Positions 39,568-55,212 of a stretch of DNA of 64,000 bases are shown piece by piece. The DNA is taken from NCBI RefSeq assembly GCF_009914755.1, contig NC_060935.1; one strand, given 5' to 3'. The position numbers and the translations under genes are program-made. This DNA comes from the human T2T-CHM13v2.0 reference genome, Homo sapiens. Position 1 is the stretch's first letter. Each line of letters opens with the position of its first letter. The notes below the pieces were generated by a model. It was not told the origin of the DNA, did no database searches, and was given only the letters and a program-made list of their open reading frames with translations.

Positions 39568-41121
39568 ATATGAAACAATTTATCATATCATCTGGGGGCA
39601 TCAGAAGAAGACCAGCAGCTCCTCATTCATTTCCTTAGGTAGGGTGTAACTTCCCTCACCATTTACATTTCCTGACTTAAGACTTAAGCTCTGCTTGGCT
39701 CTCTGGTCACACTGAGCTTTTTTTCAGCTTCTCATTGTTCTAGCTTTCTCATTGAAAAGGAATCATTTCCAGGATGTGAATGCTAGCATTGGTGGAGAAA
39801 TTGATAGCTCTTACCTGGAATTGTGAATAGTGTGTTGATGAATATGTCTTCTGTGGGCCACTCTGTACAGGAACAAACTGGCTACAATATAGGGAAGCAA
39901 ATGTTTGACGTGGTGCTTTGTATACTTTAGTATACCTCTAGGTGAGGCATACTTTCCAATTTACTGCAGTATCAGGGTCTAATACCCATCTAGTTCGCAA
40001 ATCTATATTGCCTGTCCTGGCTGCTGTAAGCAACTAAAGTTCATGGTCCATGCTTTAGACATAGAAGTGCTCATCCAAGTGGAATAATCTATCCCCAATT
40101 TATTCACCAATAGAAAATTGTGCCGTTGAAGGTGGAAGATGGGACAGCTATGTGGGCAATTTTATTTGTATTTCTACAGTGAGGTCAACCATTATAGACT
40201 CCAACTATGATTTATTTATTTTCTCCCCTAGCTAGGCAGTTTGGAACTGGATAGAAAGTGTTCTTTCCCTCCTCACATTAGCTCCTGCTCATTTCCATGT
40301 GAAGTCCTACCTCTGAGTTTAGGGGACTGAGTGAGCATCATAAGATGAAGCCAGGTGCCCTCATATGATTTGAGTGACCTGTTATTTGAAGACTCCTCAA
40401 ATTCTTTCTTAGATATCTTACTTCCTAACAATGAATTGTTGATAAATTAACTTTTATCTGTTCTTCAGAAAAATAAGGGGCTCACCAGGTTGGGCCTTAA
40501 TTTGATAGGAGACATTCAGTAAATAAAAGCTAAAATATTACCCATTTTCCAGTGAGAAGGTATAGTTTATGCAGACTCTTACCAGATTAAAATAGTCCTA
40601 TCAATTGTTTATTACCTCAATAGCAGTTCTTAAGGGATTTGATAAATAGCTTAACTTTCACATCCTCAGAGAAACCTCCTCTGTTAACTTCTTTGGCATT
40701 TCATTTGTACTGTTCTAAGGACCCTTTTCACATGCCATTCTTGGTATAATGAACAATTTCTCCCTCTAAATTGTAAGTGCCTTAAAGCCTAATATATATA
40801 TTTCTGTGTCTCCACTGTGTCCAACAGAGTACAAAGATGCACAAAGATACACAGGAGATACTAAAAATGTTTTCCTTGGGTGAATGTATATATGACTTGA
40901 AATTTGAGAGAGGAGCAGGTGCTGCAGGTTTTAAAAATATATATTTTTAAACGAAAATTTAGAAAACTCAGAGGTTCAAAGAAAACATAAGTTATCTATA
41001 CTGCCATTGCTGACAACCACTGTAAATACTTCAATATATCTCAGTTGTTTTTCTTTGTTTAAGATTATTTAGGGAATATATTTCACATACTTAATAAGAT
41101 ACAAACTTAAATGTAAGTTTG

Positions 41122-41415
41122 GGTCAGGCGCAGTGGCTCACGCCTGTAATCCGAGCACTTAGGGAGGCCGAGGCAGGCAGATCACTTGAGGCCAGGAGTT
41201 GGATACCAGCCTGGCCAACATGGTAAAACCCTGTCTCTACTAAAAATACAAAAATTAATTGGGCCTGGTGGTGGGCATCTGTAATCCCAGCTACTCGGGA
41301 GGCTGAATCAGGAAAATCGCTTGAACCCAGGAGGCAGAGGTTGCAGTAAGCCTAGATCACATCACTGCTGTCCAGCCTGGGCAACATAGTGAGACCCTGT
41401 CTCAAAAAAAAAAAA
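41122..41415 (+). mobile_element. AluS inside an old antisense L1ME fragment (~40930-41720)
   Basis: Complete Alu with poly(A). Confidence 0.96.
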
Positions 41416-41849
41416 GTAAATTTGAATCTTGCTTTATTTTTATTCTTTACAACATAATAAGAGCATCTCCTAAGTCATTAAATATTTTTCCAAAACACCA
41501 TTGTGAATGGCCACATAGTATCTCATTGATGGCTAGATAATGATTTACTCATGGATATAGGATTGGTTTTAATGGGGGCTATTATAAACAGTGTTTTTAT
41601 GGATATTCTTATGTAAAATATAGGATACATATTTTGATATGTTTTTAGAAAAAAGATTCACGTGTCAAAAGTTATGAATGTTTTTAAACATTTTAATATA
41701 CATGTCTTTTGATATACATGTCTGCAATTCCATTTTTCTCCATAGGTGTCCAAAACAGTAATTTATTAGAAGGCATTTTATTCACAATAGTAAAACAGAG
41801 GATCAATTTATGAGCAGCAGCAGCACCAGAAGTACTATAATAAATAATG

Positions 41850-42005
41850 ATAATGACCTCTCTACAAGTTAAAGCTTAGAAAGTGCTTTGACATTCACTT
41901 ACCTCCTTTAGTACTCAAGCAGATATTATTTCCATCTTACAGATGAAAATAACTAGAGCTTGGGAAGGTTAAATGACTTGTTTGCTCAAGTTCACACACC
42001 TCATC
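41850..42005 (-). mobile_element. MIR
   Basis: 'ccatcttacagatgaaaataact...aaggttaaatgacttg'. Confidence 0.75.
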
Positions 42006-42809
42006 AGAGGTCTTTTATGTGTTTTTGACCGCACCAAGAGGGCTAAAGACAAAAATGAAGAGGAGGTGGGGAAATGGAGGGACAAATGTAATGAAAAGAA
42101 CCATTGGATATTGTAAATATAACCTCAAAGAACAGAGTGGAAGATCTTGTGAACAGGTCAATAAAAATTTTATTGGAGCTTGAGGTGTACATTTAAGTTC
42201 TAGGAAGATTTCACAAAGGTGGTCCCTTAAGCTCCTATACCTCTGAATTACTTTTCTAAGATACCTTGATAAACTTGTACCTTTTTGGGCTCTGATTTTG
42301 TGTGGTTGGAGATAATGTTCAAAGCTGGAGGTGATTTTATCATTGAGGAAACTTGTTTTAGATACACAGAGAATGTCAGAGTTATAAGGAACTTTAGAGA
42401 TCATCTTCTCCAACTCCTTTATACAAACTAAGAGATGAGATTAACTCATTCAAGGTCACACAGAGATTCAGTGTCAGGGTTGAGGATACTGGAGCAATAC
42501 AATGTAAATCCGGACAAAGTATAGGAAGGAACCAGGTTAAAATAGAGCAAAGCAATTATTTTTAGTTCTGGACCAAAGGAGGTGTTTATTTAATATAAAT
42601 GCTTTTGTATTACATCCAAATACAATCTCATTTTACAAGTAACACAAGGAAACATTCATGTAAATCACTCAAATAAACTTTCCTGTTTTTGTTATGTTTT
42701 ATTTTTTACCTTTTGTGAAGAAATTTATTCAATGGGATCATGTGAGTCATATGAATAAGAAAATAGAATCATGAAGTAGGAGGCACTTTATTAGGGTGTA
42801 AATAAACCT

Positions 42810-42960
42810 GATCAGCTGTTTCTGAGCCTGGTTGATTCACAAAATCACTTGGGGTACTTTGTGAAATACAGATTCTCAGAACCCCACCCCAGAGATTCTG
42901 ATTCAGTAGATACAATGAACTTGACTATCTGCTCCCAGACTTGCTTGAAGAAAACCCCAA
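42810..42960. mobile_element. MER5-type MITE
   Basis: 'aatcacttgggg...aatacagattctcagaaccccacccagagattctgattcagtag'. Confidence 0.75.
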
Positions 42961-44511
42961 AGTACGCAAGCATTTTCAATTTTAACTGAATCCTTGAAAA
43001 TAAGATTGCATATTCTTAAGAAGTCTTAATATACGGAATACAGAATGATTCTTTTTTTCAAATATCAAAGTCAAGTGACCATACCTGTTTAAAAAATAAT
43101 TTGAGGAGGTAAATTTCTAAACATGCATTCAAATTGACCCCATACTTGGAAATGTCCGAAAAAATTAAGTTAGGGAGGCAGTAATCGTCCATAAATGGAT
43201 TTTCTGTTGTGTAAATGTTTATACAGATGTTGTAAGTGAGACTTTTCAACAAACTCCTTAGGTTGCTGACAGCGGACAACTTTGCATATGTGTGTTAACA
43301 GGAGAATGTGCTGTGTTTCAAATGAATGGGGAAGCGGGTCTAAATGACTTTCAGATTAGCTGGAACAGATGGAAGGGTCACAGTTGAACAACTTGACACG
43401 CCGGCATAAAGGCATCATTGAAGTGCAGTTCATTGCCTCTGACAGATACTGTCAATCAACCCTGGCTTTCTCTCAGTTAACCAACAGCCTGGACCTTTAA
43501 AGATTTAAAAAGGAATTTTTAGAAAAGTATCTTGGGGCAAGAACTTAAGTTTATCTGGTTTATTTCAGCACTTAACCCCATCTCAGACTAAGTTTTTAGA
43601 AATAGAGCAATGGATTGTAAACATTTTAGAAACTAACATGATATAAACTTGACATTAGGGGCTGTCACTAATAAATATAAAAGTTTCCCCCACATTATGT
43701 CTTTAGAGGGTCCTATTATCACACTAATTAGAACACTGTGCAGAATATCAGAATGAAGAAAATGCTATTTTTTTAAACTGTCCAACTAGAATTTTGATCA
43801 GCTGTTATCCGAAAGACATGACCAAGCAAGTATAAAAATATATCATATTTAAAATTTTTTTTTTCTTTTTTCTGGGCCAACTTGATGTGTGGCCTAGAAA
43901 ATGTGTTTGTAACTCGATGTGTGTTCAACTCTTGTGTGTGGCCCAAATGATAAAAAGTAATTAACCATTGGGAGCTACTCTACAAGAAGAAGGTGGAGCT
44001 GGAGATTTAGCTTTGCGCCTGTCAGATCACTAGGAGACCTTTGAAAGTCTGAAGATCCATCCAGACCATCAGCCTAAGGTGGGCTCTACAGAAACCCTCT
44101 GTTTGCTTTCCTGCTTCAACACAGCTGATTGATTCAAATTGACATCCTGGTTCCTGTATGCTTCTATATAGGTTACTAGAAGACTGGAATGCTGGAACTT
44201 TGAGAAAGGGGATTGGTATTTGCACTTCTCCATCAGGGAGGAACGCTGAATCTTAATCATTGGCTGCCTGTGGATCGCATTGTTTAGCCTGAGAGTGCCC
44301 ATGGGTCCAGAGGTGCTAATTTTTAGAAGCATAGGGAATCTTGGACAACATGAGTCATGACTGTGTGGTTCACCCTGTAGCCTGATCTCCTTCCTTGAGG
44401 CTTACATTGTGGCTTGAAAAACAGATGGGCAGTGGAAGCATCTTGTTGATGGTATTTTTATGGCAATGGTGGTATTTTATATCCTAAAGGCATGTTCATA
44501 GGACCATAGAT

Positions 44512-45105
44512 TGTAGCAAAGCTCTGGAGGGTGGAATGCAAGCCCCTTAACTCTTGTGCTTAACCCTGTCATAGCCTCACTATTTCCTCCTCAACAATGC
44601 CCATCTTAGAAAACTGTCTCACTCACAGTCTAGAAGAGAAAGCCCAAAGAACTGCATGGCTCCAGCCTGGTCACAGCTGCTTAGACTCATGGGGACACGA
44701 AGCCCCAACTTAGCCAATTAAAGTCTCCCTTACAGGAGTTTGAAATTTAGGCTGAGAGAGCCGGTTAGTTTTGGTCATAGAGCAGTAGGCATGTTGGGTG
44801 GTCAACAAGGTTCTATAAAGCAAGAAGAATTTTAGGAAAAAATAAACTAAAAGCTTGGCAGAGGAAGCTAACCTGTAAAGAGGAAAAGTTGATTAGACAT
44901 GGAGAAGGGAGCCAAGGTAAGAGATGCACATGGCTCCAGGCAGAGGGAAACATATAAACATCCTTTCTGTTCTCACAAGACCCTGCTCTACATTGTACAG
45001 TTGGGTTATAGGCAATTCACCTTTATCTGCACACTAAACTCACTTTTACCCAAGTTAATTTGATGGAGTTTTTATTCTTTATAAACAAAGATTCTGACCA
45101 GGACA
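44512..45105 (+). mobile_element. old ERVL-class LTR (LTR33/67/79-like)
   Basis: Starts 'tgtagc'; 'agccaattaaagtctccct..aggagtttgaaatt'; ends 'aaacaaagattctgaccaggaca'. Confidence 0.55.
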
Positions 45106-45569
45106 CCATGGAATTTTCATTTATTTCTTTAATGTAAAATATGTATTAAGCATCTGCTATGTGGCTGGCATTGTGCCAGCCTCTGCGGAAACCATAAGGA
45201 ATAAAGAGCAGGATATACTCCTGAGGACTCTACAGTTCATGCCAGCATCTCATGCATTCCCATCACCACCTCCACCACTGCCTCCAAGCCACTCATGAGA
45301 TTTCTGCAGAGCACAGGGAAGGAAACCAAAGTCGTCCTCCCCTCCATCCTCTCTTCCTTTTTTCATCCATTTCTTTAGTAACCTGCCCTCAAGGCAAAAT
45401 GCACTGACTATGGGTGACTGCAAGGTGGCTCTTTTCCTCATTGTTTGTTCCCTGCCTCTCCATCTTAAGACATCTTTCCCCAAGTCCAATTTTTATAGAT
45501 CCTCACTAAGAAATAACTATATATTAATTGATGACTATAATTTAATGTGGTGTTTATATCACTTATATA

Positions 45570-46160
45570 TTCCTAAAGCAGGAAAAAGCTCTCCCCTCCA
45601 CCACCAAATTTAGTGGCTTAAAAGAACAGTGATCATTTATTTTGCTCATGAATCTGCAATTAGAGCAGAACTTGTTAGGAGCAACTCCATCTATGATTTC
45701 AGTGGTATTAACAGGGACAGCTTAACTCAGGACTAGAAGATACACTTTCAAAATTGCTCATTTACTTGGCTGGCAAGTTGATGCTGGTCGTCAGCTGGGT
45801 TTGGGCCTGGAGCCCTCATTTCTCTCTACATGGACCTCTCCACTAACTACTTGGGCTTCCTTACAACAACGTGTTGGGTTCCAAGAGCAAGTGTCCCTAC
45901 TTAACTATGTAAGATAGTGTGGCAATGTGTATTTTCCAAAGATAAACACCATAATATCCACTTGTATGAGCTAGCCTTGGAAGTCACATGGTGCCATTTC
46001 CACCATACTGCATTGGGCAATACAATTATTAAGAGCTACCCAGTCTCAATGGGAGAGGACATAGATTCCACCTCTTATCTGAGAAATAGCAAGGGTCTAG
46101 AAGAGCATGTGGTTTGGGGGATATTATGGTGTCTGCCTTTGGAAAATATACTTTGCCACA
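45570..46160 (-). mobile_element. MLT1 (F/G-type) LTR
   Basis: 'aatttagtggcttaaaa...ttgctcatgaatctgcaatt', 'ttggaagtcacatggtgccatttccaccatac', end 'ggaaaatatactttgccaca'. Confidence 0.85.
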
Positions 46161-47675
46161 ATATCTTCTCTAGTTAAATAGCATTTTAATCTTGGCTCTA
46201 TTTTAATCAGGGCTCATCTAAGAAAGAGGACACCAAAACCAGTAAAAGTTAAAAGGGATTATTAAAAGAAGGCAAGGATATCTCACAGTAACAATATATA
46301 GGAAGTATAGCTCAGCCTTGTAGGAACTCTATCGTCCTCTCTCTCAGGATCCACGTGGCCTCTGACACTGCATCTCTCTTTGCATTTGGTTCAGCCTCTC
46401 ACAGGCTCCGTCATCAACATTCCTGTGGTTGGAAATGGCTGCCCAGTATAGATTCCACATAGCCTTTCTATACAAGTGCCCCTACCCCTCTAATGTCTCA
46501 GCATCTCTTGGACAAAATATATAAATGATTCAGCCTAATCTACAGATTGTTACCTTGGGTCAGAGGCCCAGCCCTATTCCCACTAGCCCTATTCTCATCA
46601 CTGTGGTGAGTGCGGCCATGTCATGTTATATGAACATGACTTCCCGGCAGGGGACAGAGGAGGAGACACTGCCAAAGACAGGGAGATGGTGGTCGGGTGT
46701 GCAGAGTCGGGGAATGAAGTGGTTAACTGTGTCAGGTCAGCATCTTTCTGTGAGTATTAAATAATTTAATATAAATAGGGCTTTAAAAACAGATGTTAGC
46801 ATGTAGAAATGTTCAATAAGCATTCAGTATTTTTAGGTTTCGTTTTTTTAGGCAGTTACCCAAAACATAATCACTTCACTCTCCTTTTCCCCAGTGACTA
46901 AATAATAGAAGCATTTTGGATACCCTGACTGGAACATGAGAGGAAATATTCTGGGACAAAAGTAAATTTAGAATTAACACTGAATGATTTCCATAAAAAT
47001 AGTTGTTTTCATACTGAAAACAATTGCAAAAGTAATCTAGGAAGAAAAGATAATCAGCAAAAGCATGCTTATTCCCTTGTTTAGCATGTGTTCAAAATTT
47101 AAAAAGTATTAAATCGAATAATTTATATTAATACAAAATTCACAAGGAAGAATTAATAGTCAAAGATTTCTATGCGTCGACTAACCAAGGGTGAATATGC
47201 ATAAAGCTGAAATTAGGTAAACTATGAAGAAAAATTGAGAGACAAAATTATTGTGAAAGATATTGATAGTATTTTCTTATATCAACCGGACAAAAAACAA
47301 TTTGCAGAATAAAATTAGAAAAATGTATATAACAAAATTTTTTAAGCAACCATGGGTCTTATAAAATATTGAAAATACACTAGGCTGCCAAGAAAAGCTC
47401 AACACATTCCAAATAGCTTTAAGTGATCTACGCAATTTTAAAAGAAGTTTTATATGCAGTTTAAAATACTCTCCTAAATAATCATTGGGTTAAAAAAAAA
47501 AACAACCCTCCAACTAATGACTATTTAGGAAGAGGCATACATGAGAACACTGCATGTCAAACTTTATCAGATGTGGAAAAGTTGTACCACAGCAAGACTA
47601 ATGATGTTAAAGGGGTCAGCTTTTAAACACAACCAATAATTACATGAAACATTATGTTTGAGAATAAATGAAAGA

Positions 47676-48692
<1,017 letters not shown>

Positions 48693-48729
48693 AGACCAGA
48701 GGAAAGAACAAACAAGAGTGAAAAGGAAG

Positions 48730-49287
48730 GTGTGCAGGCCATTAAGCTCTGGTCTTCAGCTCCAAGCCCATCCTTCTATACCTGCCGTGTGGTGCTGAGG
48801 CTGGGAACCTGCAAGCCACATTCCTCCTTTGCTAGCTAGGTGCCAATTAGGAGGGATTAGAGGGGGACTGGGAAGTGGAAGAGGAAGAGGGATATGCTTC
48901 TGTGGTTTGCTTGCTGTTCCTCTTTATACCACCCTGGCAACAGTTCTTGACCATGGCAGCAACATTGGTTCCAGCGTCCTGATGCTTTCCACAATGTCCC
49001 CTCAAAAGATGCTAGCAGCAGCCAGACAGCAGCCCCTCCTCCTCAGAGACTGGGCCCTGACTTTACAGGGTTCCCTTCTCCAAGATTCAGGTTCTAAAAG
49101 CCCGAGCTCTGTCCTTTGTTTCCCCGGGGGTGGGAGTTGTTTCCAGTATTTACTAGCTCTGTGTTACCTGAGTCCCCTTTCAATTTTCAGCCTTCTGATC
49201 GTTATTTCACTCATTCCTTATGTTACATCTTCTCGGGCCACATAACTGCCATGGTTTCTGTTTTCCTGATAGGATACTGATGGATAC
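48730..49287 (+). mobile_element. LTR41/LTR40-like ERVL LTR
   Basis: 'cagctccaagcccatccttctata...gctgaggctgggaacctgcaagccacattcctcctttgc', end 'ggtttctgttttcctgataggatactgatggatac'. Confidence 0.7.
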
Positions 49288-49360
49288 GCATGGAAATAAT
49301 AAAGATGGAAACAGAAATCACCAAATTAGAGACTGAATTTACAGATAGATCCAAGTAGTT

Positions 49361-49651
49361 TTTTGTTTGTTTGTTTGTTTGTTTGTTTTTGAGACGGAGT
49401 CTGGCTCTGTAGCCCAGGCTGGAATGCAGTGGCGCGGTCTCGGCTCACTGCAAGCTCTACTTCCCAGGTTCACGCCATTTTCCTGCCTCAGCCTCCTGAG
49501 TAGCTGGGACTACAGGTGCCCGCCACCATGCCCAGCTAATATTTTGTATTTTTAATAGAGACAGGGTTTCACCGTGTCAGCCAGGATGGTCTTGACCTCC
49601 TGACCTCGTGATCCACCCTCCTCGGCCTCCCAAAGTGCTGGGATTACAGGC
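49361..49651 (-). mobile_element. AluY, 5'-truncated, (CAAA)n tail
   Basis: Y-type text 'ctgcaagctc', 'ggttcacgccatt', 'agccaggatggtc'; TSD CCAAGTAGTT at 49351-49360 and 49652-49661. Confidence 0.95.
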
Positions 49652-49814
49652 CCAAGTAGTTCTTTAATAAAATCAAGAGACAGAGCTCTGGAAAATCATA
49701 TTTTGAAGGCAGCAGGGAATTTATATGTTTTGAAGTAGAGGAAAAGATGAAGAGATGGCCAACTTATTTTATAAATTAAACATAATATATTCAAATTTAG
49801 TCCACAAAAAATAT

Positions 49815-50095
49815 AGCCAGTTTCCTAATGATATTTTGTGGAACACACTTCCACATTAGGGAACTCTGTTCCATTAACAGATAGGACTTGAAAAATGTGT
49901 CTGTGGTCAAATAAATGTGGGAAATTCTCACATTGTATCTTCCCCTTGGAGATTCACAATATACGTTTGCATATTAAAGAATCTGAGGAACTCTGCAATT
50001 AAAAAAAACACCTTAAATGCATTTACCCAAATTTTCTGAATCTGTTTGGCTTTGGCAGATATCCTGAGACACCCAGACATGGAAACACTACTGTA
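49815..50095 (+). mobile_element. MER103C-like element
   Basis: 'tgtggtcaaataaatgtgggaaatt...cttggagattcacaat...gcatattaaag'. Confidence 0.8.
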
Positions 50096-50544
50096 GATCA
50101 TCTTATTTCTTGATATAGATAGAAGAGTCCAAAGTAAAATGTTAATATATAGAATTCAACAGTACATTATGACCAAGATATATAACAGAAATGCAAGAGC
50201 AGTTTGCTATAAGGAAATGTGCAAATATATCATGGCAAAAGGTCACATAATAAAATAATTATTTCAACCAATGGGTAATGAAAAGGTGCTTGATAAAATT
50301 CAGCACTTATTTCTGATAAAAATTCCTGGAATATTAGGAATAGATTAATGTTTCCTCAAACTAATAAAAGCATATGCATCAAATTAACAGTCATTATTAT
50401 ACTGTGAGTCAGATTTAATGAAAAATTATTGTAATAGGCTAAAATCAAATTTTAAATACATTAAAATTTAGACAATAGAGAAAATAAGTAAATTATGGCA
50501 TGACCATACAATGTTAACTTTTGTAGTCATTGAATATCATTTTT

Positions 50545-51300
<756 letters not shown>

Positions 51301-52052
51301 GAATATCATTTTTGACAAAAATTGATATAGAAAAATTGCAAAATACTGTATAACATGAGAAAAGCTTACAAAATTATAATTGTGGTAGGATTCAATTTTA
51401 TAGTCTAATATATAAAGACTGGATGAATTTAAAAATCTCTAAAATAGTCACAGTAATATTCAGTGAGTCACATAACTGTGGATGATTTTTATTTTATGTA
51501 TCTTTTTACATTTTTCAAAATTTTTATAATTAAAAATTATTTTATAACAATGAAAGCAACTCATTTAAAAACTGTGCTAGGGAAATGAGGAAATAGAGAT
51601 AGTATCACCTGTTCTTTTGGGGACCATGACTGAGACAGGAGATGATAGGTGGTGTGGTACCCATGGTGGATGAAGAATGGCAGGGCTTTTTAAAAGATAG
51701 GTAATTTGAGCATATTTATAATTTGCATGAAAGGACTCAGGAAAGGATTAAACAGTTATAATATAGGGGAGAAAGAAAGGTACAAGTTCCTGATCTTAGA
51801 GAAATCAGAAAAGGGGGTGATCAAGCATGCAGATTAAAGGGTTGGCCTTAAAACAGGGAAGAATATAAATATTTCTCTTAGATTTAGAAGTTTTTTTGGT
51901 GAAGACACAGGCAGGTGGAGACGAGGTATAAAGTATAAAGAAAAACTTGATGGATTTCATACCTAATAGACCTAATATTCACAATGAAACAGGTTAAGCC
52001 AAATGTTGGAAAGAATAGAATAGATTTGTGTTGTAAGCTTCAGAAAAAATGG

Positions 52053-52473
52053 TGTTAAAAAAGACAAAATTACAACAAATCTAACTTTGCAGATCTTAGT
52101 TGGCTTTTATTTGTGACTTTAGACTCAATTACAGTCCAAGTCAAAAGTAGTTCAGAATGCTCTGCCCTACCACATGTGCAGGTTATATTTATTGATAGAG
52201 AAAAGAAAGTGATATACAGAAAATGGAAGTGGGGTATAGAGACAGCTTAATTGGTTAAAGCTGGTGTTTGCCTTAATTTAACCTGGTTTGAACAGTTGGC
52301 TGCCTATCGTTGACTGAAGCTCAGCTACTGTGATTGGCTGAACCTCAGCTATTTGTTATAAAGGCAAATTCCTAAATTAGGTTTCCAGTTTGTTTACATA
52401 CTAAGTTAGGTTGCAGTTCATTACTTAGGACTCATACTGAAGCTTCTAAAGCCCAAATTTAGTTTGATTTAGC
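52053..52473 (-). mobile_element. ERV1 solo LTR (MER31-like)
   Basis: TG...CA ends ('tgttaaaaaagacaaaattacaacaaat' ... 'aaatttagtttgatttagca'); repeated ATTGG (CCAAT) boxes. Confidence 0.7.
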
Positions 52474-52585
52474 ACTTGCTATAAGTTGAAATGAGCAAGG
52501 TAAATAACCAGGGGCACACAGATTTCTGCAACACTCTATCTGCTGTTTATTGCCTTCATTGCATTCTAAAATTCATTACTCCTGT

Positions 52586-52925
52586 TTCCTTCCTTCCTTC
52601 CTTCTTTTTTTCCATCCTTCCTTTCCTTCCTCTCTCTCTCTCTCTCTCTCTCTTTCTTTCTTTCCTTGCTCTGTTGCCCAGGCTGGAATGCAGTGGCACG
52701 ATTGTGGCTCACTGCAACCTCCGCCTCCTGGGTTTGAGCGATTCTCCTGCCTCGGCCTCCTGAGTAGCTGGCATTACAGGTGTGTGCCACCACACCCGAC
52801 TGATTTTTGTATTTTTAGTAGAGATGGGGTTTCACCATGTTGGCCAGGCTGGTCACCTCAGCTGATCCACCCACCTCAGCCTCCCAAAGTGCTGGGATTA
52901 CAGGTGTGAGCCACCACACCTGGTC
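52586..52925 (-). mobile_element. AluS with a polypyrimidine (CTTC/CT/CTTT) tail
   Basis: Antisense Alu at 52665-52925 preceded by an ~80 bp pyrimidine tract. Confidence 0.93.
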
Positions 52926-53289
52926 ATGTTTGGTTTCTTTAAGAAAACTTTCCTCTAAGCAGATTTTTTTTCTTGTTGCCAATTTGATCCTGTTTTATAG
53001 ATCAATAGCTTTTAGAGGTTATTGACAATACAAATTGTAGATGTTCCTACAATTTTTCTTTGTTTCTTAGAGATGTACATCTTCTCATTCCTCATACTAA
53101 CCCTCTTTTGAATTGCTGAATATTTTTATGTATCCAGGGGATTCTCTCTTTTTGTTTAGCATTACAATGTGGTGTGCTTATTTGTTGAGTATCAAGGTTG
53201 TGTGATTATATCTGACCTTTATACAGCTCTTTAAACTCAGATAAAGGGGGAAGTGAACACCTCAGATTTGGTATAGTTTTATTTTTTGA

Positions 53290-53700
53290 ATCAGTTAGAA
53301 TTAGGTCTGGCTGTATCAAAGATATGAAATAATACTATTTTAAATGGAACATAAACAAATTTCTAGAGATTAAAAATCCAGAGAGAATCAACCTGGAGCT
53401 GGTAAGGCAGCCCTCTTCAAGTCCTCAGGGTGCAGGCTCCCTCTAGCTTTCTGCTTTGCCATCATAAGGGTGTGTTCCTTATTCCCCTGTCCATGATAGA
53501 GTTCCAGTCATCATATCCACATTCCAAGGGGCGGAATGAAGGAAAGGGGGAAAAAGGGACTAAGGGAGGCTTATGGAAGCTGCCACATTGTACTTTCACT
53601 TGCATCCTATTGGCCAGAATTTAGTTACATGGCTGAATCCTACCTGCAGGGAAGGCTGGGAAACACACTTTTTATTCTAAGCAGTTGTGGGCTCCACTAA
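53290..53700 (-). mobile_element. MLT1 (J-type) LTR
   Basis: 'catcctattggccagaatttagttacatggc...ctgcagggaaggctgggaaa'. Confidence 0.75.
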
Positions 53701-54909
53701 ACATTTCACTACTTAGAAAGGGTCATAGAATGGCTCTGAGGGGAAACCAGCAGTCTGTCACTCTCATGGATCATGGAGTAGAAACAAGTGGCTACCAGAA
53801 GTGTCAAAGCTGGAGTATTTACTTTTGTGTATGAGTTGTTTCTTCCTTGGGATTGATTGTCTGAATTAACTGTGCCCCCATTCTCTTCTCTAACTTGCAG
53901 GGCTGCTCTTGCTAGGGACCACCTGTGGCCATTGTCTTCATACTTTGACAGACTATCCATCTGTGTTGGGTACAACCTGTGGCAACAGGATCCCTAATTC
54001 CTTTAGGATTATAGCATGCTGCCTCTTTAGAGTCTTTAGGAAGCTTGAAATGTGCCCTTTCACTGATTTCCCCCCAAAAAATGCTGCAAACTACGGATCG
54101 TTATATGGGGCTCACTGGGATTTCTTCCATTTACAACTCAGGCAGTGTTATTTCCCCACACAGTGTATTGGTAGTCCCTCCACCAATTCAGTGCTGCCTG
54201 TGCTATAATCTGCAGAAATTCCTCAAAATTGCTGGCATGTGAGTGCCACAATTCCCTAGCTTCCAGGGATAAGGTGAATTTTTAACTCTACACAGTTTAT
54301 TTTCTTTGATAATTTTAGTGGAAATTTTGTTGAGGCAGGGAACATCAAGCATTAGGTCTATGATCACATTCTTCACCAGAATCCATTCTTTGTCTTTCTT
54401 ATGGTGTCATAGATTGTAACTTAGCATATCATCTCCACAATTAGGCTACATACAAAGTTGAAATATGAATATGCATAAGGTTTTTAAAGGGTTGGAATCA
54501 CTTTATCCATGAATTTCCAGAAGAGATAAACATCAGTGTGCTTAGAGAAGTTTGGGTATCTAGGATCATAAACTAACCTTAAGAAAAGGGGAATTTTTAT
54601 AAGAATTGTATGGAAACTGGATCTGGATCCAGAAAACCACCAGTACAAATGGTAGGGTGCAGCTACTCTCTCAGCCTCTCCAGAAGCCACGTGGTTTCTC
54701 ATAATGATGTTTTTGCTTCTGTCCGTGTTTGATCCAGTCCTCAAGCCCTCTATCAACTGGCCTCCTCCTAACTTCCCCATGGCCCCAACTAAAGTCTCCA
54801 GCACCAGGTCTGCTTGGCTCTAGCAACTGTATCTTTTCTTTTCAAATTCCCGAGAGAAGAATCTCATTGTCTGATTGGTCCAGCTCAACTTTGTAAGCAA
54901 GGTAGGGGT

Positions 54910-55212
54910 GTTTGTTTGTTTGTTTTTGAGTTAGGGTCTTTCTCTGTTGCCCAGGCTGGAATGCAGTGGCGTGACCATAACTCATTGTAACCTCAAACTC
55001 TTGGGTTCAAGTGATCTTCCTTCCTCACCTCCTCGAGTAGCTAGGATGACAGGTGTGCACCACCATGACTGGCTAATTGTTAACATTTTGTTTGTAGAGA
55101 CAAGGTCTTGCTATATTGCCCTAGCTGGTCTCCAACTCCTGGGCTCAAATGATCCTCCTTTCTTGGCCCCCTAAAGCTCTGGGATTACAGGCATGAGCTA
55201 CCACATTCAGCC
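54910..55212 (-). mobile_element. AluJ inside an old MLT1-like LTR (~54510-55360)
   Basis: 'gagacaaggtcttgctatattgccc', 'aactcctgggctcaa'. Confidence 0.92.

Noticed and set aside
53880-54245. Acceptor-like site at 53900 and donor-like CAT|GTGAGT at 54238
   Set aside because: Splice-like motifs alone are expected by chance in 64 kb, and there is no ORF or other support.
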